64,000 nucleotides of DNA from positions 41,974,001-42,038,000 of the forward strand of contig NC_043008.1 in NCBI RefSeq assembly GCF_006345805.1, written 5' to 3'. The position numbers and the translations under genes are program-made. The DNA comes from Octopus sinensis (taxonomy: Eukaryota). Positions 37,141 through 47,185 of this stretch are shown here, in pieces. The notes under the pieces were generated by a model that saw only the letters and a program-made list of their open reading frames with translations, ran no database searches and was not told where the DNA came from. Within the stretch, counting starts at the first letter, position 1. Every line of letters begins with the position of its first letter.

Positions 37141-38375
37141 CTAAAAGGGACTATTATTGCTATTTATCATGAAACTTATTATATAAGTAAAGTAACTGTG
37201 TCTACATTTTATTTTGCGCTCCTCCCCAGTATTAAGTAAATTATCATACTTATAAAATAAAATTTCTTTAAACTCATTAGAGCATAAATAACAACAATTA
37301 GCTCCTATATTATATGATTTAGTTTTACAAATTATTTCCCATATTAAACTATAATTAATATTTAGTGATTTAAGACTCCAAATATACTTACTAAGTCCGT
37401 TGAGTTGATTAAGTTTTTTTTTAAAAAATTCATATGTGTGTGCAATTCTTAGTTTTATTTTTGAGGAAGTAGAACCTATATAAACCGCTTTTTTGTAATA
37501 ATTATTCTTAAAGTTATTATCATGTAATGTAACTATACATTTATACACTACATCGTTAATATCACAATTATTATTTAATATACATTAGATTTATCTCTAC
37601 ATGTACAATTAATATAAGTCTTATCATTATTAATATTATTATCAAATAATATCTTTTTATAAAAATTATTCAGTTTATTTTATTAATGAAGAAATAATGT
37701 TACCAACATTATTAGTGGTAGAGTAACCAACTCCAAAATTATTAAAAGAGAAAATGTTTCTATATTTACGATTATCTCTAATAAATAGTTCTATAACATC
37801 TAAAATCTCTTTAATAATATTCGTTTAACTTGAACTCCATAAGAACTATTAACCATTTTATTCTTATTAACCTTATTATTATTATCATTATTATAAATAT
37901 ATTTATAATTCTTTATTTTATTAAAATTATTATCAGAATTATAACTATGTACAGCATTTAAGGAATTATTAATATTATTAAATTTATCAATATAATTATT
38001 ATAATAATTATTAAATTTATTTTTATTTATATTATTCTTATTTATATTATTATTATTATATTTATTATTATTATTATTATTCTTATTTATATTTTTATCA
38101 TTTTTATTATTTTTTTTATAATATCTATTATTTTAACCACTAAACGTAACAAAATTATAATTATTATTAGAAGTATCTCGAAAATTATCATTTAAATCAT
38201 TATCGCTAATATTATAAAATTTAATATTCTTATTATAACCTGCCCCTCTAAGGCCTCATTATAATAATTAGCATGTTTATTAAAATCTCTATATCATAAG
38301 AGAGTAATGAAATACGTTACTTATATTATTAATCAACGATTTTTTAATAGAAAATGGGTGATTACTATTAACCAT
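37141..38375 (-). pseudogene. PLE ORF remnant: RT thumb + Cys-rich linker + GIY-YIG endonuclease
   Basis: Manual translation across 1-nt frameshifts gives VNSNHPFSIKKSLINNIS..FNKHANYYNEALE(G)AGYNKNIKF, then YGVQVK(T)NIIKEILDVI..IFSFNNFGVGYSTTNNVGNII, then CTCRDKSN(C)ILNNNC..VVYKCIV..VYIGST..KLRI..LSKYIWSLK..WEI..CYLCSNE..LLN..KCRH. Confidence 0.88.
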
Positions 38376-40213
38376 TAATTTGTAACTGAATTGTAAGTAT
38401 GTATTTGATTTATCCTATGTCATAATGTTATTTTTGATATTCTGGTTAATTACGATGTATTTATTGTTGTTTTCATAAGAGTGGTGTTATGTGTATATGA
38501 GATTGGTTGTGAGTTTTTACTTGTAATAATTTATTTATTTTATCTGTATGAGTGTGGTGTAATATTGTTGTATATATCGAGTTTTAGTGAGTATGTATAT
38601 GCGTATATGTGAGGGAGCATATGTATCTGTTGGGGTGTGTGTGTTTTGCGTGTGGTGTGTGTTTTGTGTGTGAATGTGTATTTGGGTTTGTTATTTAGGA
38701 TTTGGGATGTATGTGTTAATTTGTCTGTGTGGGGAGGGATTGGTTTTTTGGTGTATATTGAGGTTTATAAGTTAGTATAGGTTTGTGTATAAGTCTTGGG
38801 TCTGTGGTTTACGTGTGGGTTTTTTGTGTGTGTTTATGTTTAGGTTAGGGGGATTGCTATATAAGTTTGTTATAGGGTTTAGCAAAGGGAGATTTTATCG
38901 TATATGCTTTTATGAGTTTTTGGTTTATCATGGTGTTTTTTTAGGTAATTCGTGGTATTTTGTCTATTTTAGGTGTTGGTTATTTTTTTACATTGTTTCA
39001 TTCATAATTTTTGAGTGGTGTTCGTTTTGCCACGTGAATAACCGGGTGGTGGACTAGCGTTGCTTGGAATGTGAATGGAATAGTGTAGTAGTGAGGTAGG
39101 CATAGAGAATGGGATTGGGTTACTGCAAGTTGTTTGTTAGAGATGATAAGGTGAGTTAAAGCTCATAAATGTATATAATGTTTGTTGTGGTGTGTAAGTA
39201 TTGTTGTATATGTCGAGTTTTAGTGAGTATGTATAGGCGTATATGTGAGGGAGTATTATTATTTTGTGTGTGAGTGTTTTGCGTGAGTGTGTGTGTGTTT
39301 TGTGTGTGAATGTGTATATGGGTTTGTTATTTAGGTTTTGGGATGTATGTGTTAATTTGTCTGTGTGGGGAGGGAGTGGGTTTTGGTGTATATTGAGGTT
39401 TATAAGTTTATGGTTTGTGTATAAGTCTTGGGTCTGTGGTTACGTGTGGGTTTTTTGTGTGTGAATGTTTAGGTTAGGGGGATTGCTATATAAGTTTGTT
39501 ACGGGTTTAGCAAAGGGAGATTTTATCGTTATACATGCTTTTATGAGTTTTGGTTTATCTGGTTTTTTTTAGGTAATTCGTGGTATTTTGTCTATTTTAG
39601 GTGTTGGTTATTTTTTTACATTGTTTCATTCATAATTTTTGAGTGGTGTCGTTTTGCCACACGTGAATAAACCGGTGGTGGACTAGCGTTGCTTGGAATG
39701 TGATGGAATAGTGTAGTAGTGAGGTAGGCATAGAGAATGGGATTGGGTACTGCAAGTTGTTTGTTAGAGATGATAGGTGAGTTAAAGCTCATAAATGTAT
39801 ATAATGTTTTTTTGTGGGTGTGTAAGTATTGTTGTATATGTCGAGTTTTAGTGAGTATGTATAGGCGTATATGTGAGGGAGTATATGTATTTTTTGTGTG
39901 TGAGTGTTTTGCGTGTGAGTGTGTGTTTTGTGTGTGAATGTGTATATGGGTTTGTTATTTAGGTTTTGGGATGTATGTGTTATTTGTCTGTGTGGGGAGG
40001 GAGTGGGTTTGTTGTGTATATTGAGGTTTATAAGTTAGTATAGGTATGTGTATAAGTGGTGAGTCTGTGGTTACGTGTGTGTATTTGTGTGTGAATGTTT
40101 AGGTTAGGGGGTTTACTTTATAGGTTTGTTATAGAGTTTAGCAAAGGGAGATTTTATCGTTAATGGTTTTTAAGAGTTTTGTTTTATTATGGTTTTTTTT
40201 AGGGAATTCGTGG
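38376..40213. repeat. ~628-bp tandem unit inside the right arm (three unit starts)
   Basis: AATTCGTGG marker ending at 38955, 39583 and 40213. Confidence 0.9.
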
Positions 40214-40350
40214 TAATTAGTCTATATTTTCGATATGGATTATATATAGGTTATATATGGATTATATACTTATATTTTTTCATTTATACTTTAATTATTT
40301 AAAAGTATTATTTTTATATTTTAAAATTTTGATTTTTTAGATTGGAAGTC

Positions 40351-40391
40351 CCACCTGAAGATTGTCGATCAGACAAGAAAGATTGTAGTGG
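40351..40391 (+). ncRNA. Hammerhead ribozyme motif (family 3), near-intact; cleavage site would be after A40387
   Basis: CCAC CTGAAGA TTGTC-GATCA-GACAA GAAA GATT GTA GTGG; stems I and II perfect, stem III lacks the C seen in the left copy. Confidence 0.7.
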
Positions 40392-40639
40392 CGGTTTTTT
40401 TTGACTATTTATATTAAATTTTATGTATTGATTAAGGTCTTTCCTTGTTTGTTTTGCAAAATAGTGGTTTTGTCTCAAATAATATTTTATATATATTATA
40501 TATATATATATATGATATATACCAATATATATATTTAACACATATATATATAAGTATATATGTGCATATATACATATATATATAGGTATATGTGTACATA
40601 TATACATATATATAGGCATATATGCGCATATACTATATA

Positions 40640-40651
40640 TATATATGTGAG

Positions 40652-40697
<46 letters not shown>

Positions 40698-40860
40698 CAC
40701 TTTTATATAATGTAAATATATTCAGATACACACACAAGTATAGCTGTACATGTAAATTTATACATATACACGCACACCCACATACACACACACACACACA
40801 TACATACATACATACATACATACATACATACATACATACATACATACATACATTCATACA
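40640..40860. repeat. (CT)n/(AT)n/(AC)n/(ACAT)n
   Basis: Directly visible. Confidence 0.9.
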
Positions 40861-41664
40861 AGCATGCGCGCGCACAGCAAACGCACAATGGTGTCCAAAT
40901 GATATATGTATCAGCTTCTGAAGTATAAATAAATATTCCCAACGAAACGAATATCTAATTGCACAAAGCTGTCGGTCGTACGAAAATGTTCCTTCTATTA
41001 ATATGCATCACTAATGTTTTCTGAAAGCAATTAGAATCTTGTTTAATTACGTAGAGATTAGAATAGGCTGAAAGATTTATTTTTGTTACTTTCTAACATC
41101 GCATTGGACAACGAGGACCAAGTCCGTCTTCTCCTCACTTCGAGGAGACTTTATGACGGAAGTACGGTGTTGGCACTCACTTACTGAAAATAGCAGCCAA
41201 ACCTCTCTTTAAAAACGGAAGGGAATCTTGGATAATGAAGTCCTGTACTTTGGTTTCCTATTTAATTATTAGGGAAGGCAGTGCACATGAAACCTTACAA
41301 TAGGTCCGAGATTGGTAGATGGGAATGTGAAGGCTCCTGACTCCCGAGAGTTGGACATGCAAGAGAGTAGACTCCAGTAAAAGCGGCAGGATCGGAGTTT
41401 TACAGAGATAGGCCATGCTGGGATTTGAACTCACAATGCAAAAAGCCTGAACAACGACTCCAAGTCCTTCGGGTTTACAGTTCCACAGATCCACCGTTCT
41501 TGGTTGGTTCCTTCTTTTCATTGACTCCGAAGAGATGGAGGACAATGTGAAGATTTACGCTGCAGCATCAAAACCAGGTGTGAGAGTCGGTAACACTGAA
41601 CTATCTTTGATCATATTTTAGGTCTTTTAAATCAAGGTTTACCTGTGAGTTAAACAATACCAAG

Positions 41665-41787
41665 AACCTGTGTTTATTCAGGTATTTCCATTGGGTATTC
41701 CTATGGCCCCAGTGGTCGATAAACAACACCAAAAACCTAGTGTTTATTCAGGTATTTCGATCGGAGACTCTTTTGACCCCAGTGGTC
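41665..41787 (+). repeat. Diverged ~69-bp tandem duplication
   Basis: AACCT(A)GTGTTTATTCAGGTATTTC..CCCCAGTGGTC at 41665 and 41734. Confidence 0.8.
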
Positions 41788-43710
41788 ATGTTGTTAGCCA
41801 TGTGATCATAGTTTCGAATCTTGAACCAGGCGGTGCGTTGTCTTCTTTAACTTCGTTTCACATTCCACAAATCCACTCAGGTGTACATGAGTCCCAGTAA
41901 TAGTCGGGAAATTAACCCTGCTACGGACGGGATCCTCGTTTTGAGGGAGCGGAATCTCATTCATACGCCAAGGAAACCCGCTTAGCTCCGACCTTATCAT
42001 TCCTAAATGACATGACATACCTAAGTTATCATCTATTTGTTTGAGGATTCAGTTATTAAATTCTCTATAATTACCAGGAGGTCTTAGAACTCTCGGTTGA
42101 CAAGTGCTTCGTTAGCACAGAGCCTTAAGGCACAAACCTTCTCTTGTATAGAATTTGGAGCAGCGAAGAATTTACTATAGTAACCAGTTGTACCCGGATA
42201 TAGTCTATGAACATATTTGATGAGTGCTCAGTTAAAGTTAATTGAATAATTACTGCGGTTTAGCATGGACTCTACGTAATAAGATCTCACATTTGACAAC
42301 ATGCCAGAACTTATTTGGGAATATATAATCAAGGCGTTATTGAATTGCGTTAAATCTTCATTATTACACATTATTTACAAGTAAATTGGTGGATTAACGT
42401 GTGATTTTCTTTTGCTACTGTTTTAATCGTTTCCGATTATGTGAGCTTATTCTTTATGCTCCATTTCATATCGAAATAAAACAAGATGACCGATGAGAAA
42501 ATTCTCGAAAAATCTCTAGAAAGTTGACAGAAACCGATTTCAGAGAGCAGGAATAGGCTTGCGATTCTTACTGCGCAAAAGAAGGAAAAACAAGCAGTAA
42601 TAAATAGATTCAATACAATCCACTTGCCACACCAAGTTCCCTGTTTGCATAATTTATACCAACCATATATTAAGAGATAATCTCTAATCCCTTTATCAGG
42701 GTAACATGTATCTTCTTCTCATCTCACTCCATCAATACCAAATTGTTTTCCTTCTTTTCCTTCTCCTTCTTTCTATGTTTTTTATATGTCCATATTAGAC
42801 ACCACATTTTATCGAACGATAAATCCCTTTATCTGTTTCCAGACATTAGTAATTAGAGTAATATTATCTTTCCATCTACATATATGTCTACATATTTTGT
42901 TCTTCAAAGCCCTTCAGAATAAAACATTCTGGTCCTAAATAGAAACTATTCCAGAACTGTGGCACCAAAATATCCTGATCTCGAGCGTTCTATAAATAAC
43001 ATGGAAAACGAAAGCGTATTTTGTTCTGAGAAGTTTTTATTTCTTCTCTCGTGTAGGTAAACAAACTTAGCAAAAGAAAAAATATTGAACCCTTGGTTGT
43101 ATTTCTTTGATAACAAAGCTTCAAAGCTAATTTAATACTTACTGAATTAAGAAGATTAACTTCAAACACACGAAAATAAAATAAAATGATAGCATTTAGT
43201 TTTCATTCTGTGATGAAAATCAACCAAATTTAATTTACATCCAATCGATATATGATCTTATCGATTTTAATTTTGAAAGGAAGGAAGACGCGTATATATG
43301 TCTAAAGACAACATTCATAAATAAACTCTCAGCAAACAAACTTTTCTGTGCATTTCTAAAACAAATTTATTTAGATATTATATCTTCTGCACTTGAAAAA
43401 GAGGTCGTGCTTTCTTTTAGTTAACTTAATTCTGCCGTTAGTTAGCCGAGACGTTGTCTTTTTGTACATTTATAATCATTACATAGTTACTGGTGTATAC
43501 ACATATATACACATAGACACATACATACACCTGTGTATGTGCATCTTTACATATATAAGTTAAGCAACATCGGGTCTAGTTATATGTGTATATGTGTTGT
43601 GCGTGTGTGTGTGTGCATATGTATATATCTATCTTTGTATGCATGCATGTATGTATGCATGCATGCATGTATATATGCATATACATATATATATATATAT
43701 ATATATGCAT

Positions 43711-43794
<84 letters not shown>

Positions 43795-43856
43795 TATTAT
43801 TAGTGAATTGAAGAAATGGAGTTGAACGAAGATTGAACAGAAATCGTTTTATTGCA

Positions 43857-43936
43857 TTCTACACGTGTTTCGAAAGCCACAATTTACCAAATTCCGATTG
43901 AATAAGGAGACCATATTGTGTCTTTCTCTTCAGGAA
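43857..43936 (-). ncRNA. Type I hammerhead ribozyme (family 4, inverted copy)
   Basis: Exact reverse complement of 43999-44078. Confidence 0.82.
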
Positions 43937-43998
43937 GAAATAGGAAATCCGTTGGAAAAAACAAAAGCAGAAACAGATTTCCTATTTCTTCCTATTTC

Positions 43999-44078
43999 TT
44001 CCTGAAGAGAAAGACACAATATGGTCTCCTTATTCAATCGGAATTTGGTAAATTGTGGCTTTCGAAACACGTGTAGAA
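43999..44078 (+). ncRNA. Type I hammerhead ribozyme (family 4), predicted cleavage after A44075
   Basis: TTC CTGAAGA GAAAGACACAAT..ATTGTGGCTTTC GAA ACACGTGT A GAA: stem II 11/12 bp, stem III the perfect palindrome ACACGTGT, GUA triplet, 3-bp stem I. Confidence 0.82.
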
Positions 44079-44559
44079 TGCAATAAAACGATTTCTGTTC
44101 AATCTTCGTTCAACTCCATTTCTTCAATTCACTAATAATATTAAAATTCAATTATCCGCACCAACGCATGGTTGCAACACCATATGGTTGTACCTCCAAC
44201 CGTGCTGTCTTCTGCTGTGATTTTTGCTACCAAGGTATCGGTTAAACTTTTGATTAATCTGCAACAAGATTATTCATCTTTCTATTTCACAATATATATA
44301 TATATATGTATGTATGCATGTATGTATGCATAAATATATAGTACTTTAGAGTCATGAACAACCAAGCAAAGAGTAATATATAAAGACTGTAATATCTGAC
44401 ACAATATATTCGTATATATATCTTTCTGCTCAATCCAGCATCTTCACGTCCATACAGGATAATATTTCATTCACATATTTTGCTAGTTGCGTCACTATAC
44501 ATACATATGTTCGGATACAAGCAGAGTTCAAGATTTGTCGTCCACGACGAGAGAATCCA

Positions 44560-44593
<34 letters not shown>

Positions 44594-45189
44594 TCATATA
44601 CGCCTGCACAAAACCACACACGTATATATTACAGTCCTTATATATACTTCTGGGACGTGTACTTAGTCCTTCTCAGCAGTGCTAGAAACCAGAGAAACCA
44701 ATCCCACGTAAGGCGTACTAAAACGAACAGCGGGTGTACATCCAGTAGTCATGACTTGGATGCGGGCCGACCCACTTGCCTAAAGGGATTTCTCCTCTGA
44801 GGACCGCCTGCTGTTACGCTCTCTCCGAGTTTTTTCCACTTATTATACCCTTATAAATATACACATATAAATTTATATTTATATATATATATACGAGAAA
44901 AACGCCTCCCCCGTCCAATGGACGATGCTGAATCATACGTGCTGAATAAAAAGCAATCAGTGTTTTCTTTTCATTAAAAAATAATTAACCATGCCTTTAT
45001 TTCAATTATATTTTGGGTTCTGTTAAACGAAGTTAAGGCAAAAAAAAAAAGAAACTTCTTGAGAAACAGAATGGTCTTGCGTTCCTTCATGCCAAGTTTG
45101 AAGAAAATATCTCTTTTGCATCTTACATTTTTGGTCTCTTAAATATACTGCATTTTGTGGCATTATTTCAAGCCAGTTGGCTTTTTTGC

Positions 45190-45460
45190 TCAAACTGCAC
45201 GTGCGTTTTTCTCGCGTACGCGTAGTTTCGATCGCAACAGCTGATGTACTTGCGCGTACCAATGCATGTTCCCACGGCTTTATCGGTCGCATTCTCACCT
45301 GGAATCTGTTTTTGCAATTTTTTCAAGACTTATGCACGCCCCGATACCATCGGTATCTACATATCTACATATCAAATTTAAGCGCAATCGGATGGGGGAT
45401 GCCCGAGATCCTAGAAGACACACACACAGACAGACAGAACGGATATTATATAATAAATAT
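45190..45460 (+). mobile_element. Possible Helentron-associated (HINE/DINE-1-like) non-autonomous fragment
   Basis: GCGTTTTTCTCG.. and AAATTTAAGCGCAATCGGATG..CGAGATCCTAGAAGAC(AC)n(AGAC)n..TTATATAATAAAT resemble the HINE layout. Resemblance only. Confidence 0.35.
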
Positions 45461-46059
45461 ATGCATGTGTATATATGTATACACACAAACTTATATATAT
45501 AATGTATATTATGTATTCTCACTCAGTCTTTGCTAGTTGTTTTCAAATATTATCTTTCTTACATTGTTATAGAGATGGTCCAACATTGGAATTGATTAAA
45601 CACCAACTAACTTATTAACTAGTGCTATACAGTAGCCTTCATCCACAAGTGTACTCACTGGCTACCGAAGTTCGTTCCCCCACCCCGTTTCCTTCTTCGA
45701 GAATCAATAAAATTTGTTCGAAGCCATTACCACTAACCGTTAATTCAATTAGAAACCTCACACACGGGTGTTCTTTTGCTATTGTCAGGAATTAACTAAA
45801 TTATTTATTGATTATTACTTCTTGCTTGGCTTAGTACGATACTCAGCATTTATTCACAAACAAATGTAATCTATATCCGTCTTCCGACACCGTTTCATCT
45901 GGTAAGAATTGTAAAAGAAACGCGGTAGTCTTAAAACATTAGAACTTGCCTGGATTTTTCACACTACTGACAACATCCGTATCACACTTTATTCCATTAC
46001 CTCTATTCTAATCTTAATTTATTTAAATTAATTAAAACTTCAGAATTGTCTCTTCTGCA

Positions 46060-46370
46060 TTTCTTGTCCAGCCCATAGCCCTCACTCGCATGTGACCTGG
46101 CAACACGCACCTTGCTTCTGCTAATTGTTTTATCAATGTACCCAGTGTTGAGTAGAGACAAGCACCATATAACTCTCCCCACCTTTTATCCAGCGAAGTA
46201 TCATCGAGGATGTGATATTTGCACCAGTGCTCGGTTGTTACTTGCTTTCTGCTGAGTTAAAGGGAGTACCAAGTGTCTTGCTCAAGAATATAATGCATCA
46301 CTTGGTCTAGGAACCGCAAGCATCATTTCATAATCTTAAACCACAAATCCCATCCACTGGGCCACACGCG
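46060..46370 (-). mobile_element. Old SINE-like fragment
   Basis: AAGTGTCTTGCTCAAG..CCACTGGGCCACACGCG resembles the reverse of a tRNA-derived head; a related remnant CCCTAACCACTGAGCCACGCGCCTCCA lies at ~47505-47531. Confidence 0.4.
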
Positions 46371-47140
46371 ACTAGACTTAACCAGCAACATAATCTTTAA
46401 TCAGTAGCATATTTCCTCGCGCATCCCGAGTCTAATTTTGATACATTAACATTGCTTTACTTTCTTAAGTCTCCTAACATTGATTTCACTATACCGTATT
46501 TCTCCTCAAACGGCAATCAAACAAGACAAACAAGACTCACCTGATTAGCTCCTAAGCCAGATTAACGGCCAAACCAGATTAGCTGCCAAACTTGAAAATG
46601 CTGCCTAACTTCGCACTAAAGTCTCCATAATTATTCAGATGTCTTTACTTGGCGTCAGTATTACTGCGTTGGGTCTAGAGTTAAATCTCTTTGTATCCTG
46701 CAAATACTTAATACATAATTGTAAATATATAAAATTATCTATTTTTATATAAATATCAAAAGTTATGTAATAAACAGCGAGGAAGAACTGTATGAGTAAT
46801 GCAAAATTTTTATAGTACAGAGTAGAATACAGAAATTCCAAGAATTGTAATAACAGTTTTTTTCTCTCGCTGAACTAGAATCAATATTATTGAAACATTT
46901 TAAAAGGTCCTATAATATCTTGCTCCCTCTCTCATCAGTTTCGAAAGCCTTGGCAAGGTTTATGGATATTCCTCATTCTATCTCACTAACAAATGTCCAC
47001 AACATAATTATCTTGGGACCACTGCAGTAATAGCGGAGTGCTAGAAATAACTGCCAAATCTCTCACAAATAGCATACAGCCACTTTAGACTAGAAGAATA
47101 TATTATACACTGCGTTAGATGAGACAGTCAGTGAAGATGG

Positions 47141-47185
47141 ATGGATATTTGAAAAACAGCTGATATAATGCATATGTAGTAAAAC
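47141..47185 (+). repeat. 45-bp exact direct repeat, copy 1
   Basis: ATGGATATTTGAAAAACAGCTGATATAATGCATATGTAGTAAAAC, also at 50154-50198. Confidence 0.9.

Larger units (their letters stand above)
34065..40491 (-). mobile_element. 5'-truncated Penelope-like retroelement with inverted pLTR (direct arm 34147-35617 + tail 34065-34146; inverted arm 38376-40491)
   Basis: RT-thumb/GIY-YIG remnant on the minus strand, HHR motif near the outer end of each arm, arms reverse-complementary, (AT)n on both flanks. Inverted pLTRs and microsatellite targeting are described for PLEs. Confidence 0.88.
43792..44291 (+). mobile_element. Miniature foldback element with twin outward-facing hammerheads (arms 43792-43949 / 43976-44143, 26-nt spacer, tail 44144-44291)
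   Basis: Arms are identical reverse complements except for a 10-bp tandem duplication (CCTATTTCTT). (AT)n flanks on both sides. Confidence 0.88.

Noticed and set aside
41258-42018. ORFs in the GC-richer 41.2-42.0 kb block as a gene or retrotransposon fragment
   Set aside because: No recognisable domain in the frames I translated and no convincing splice pairs.
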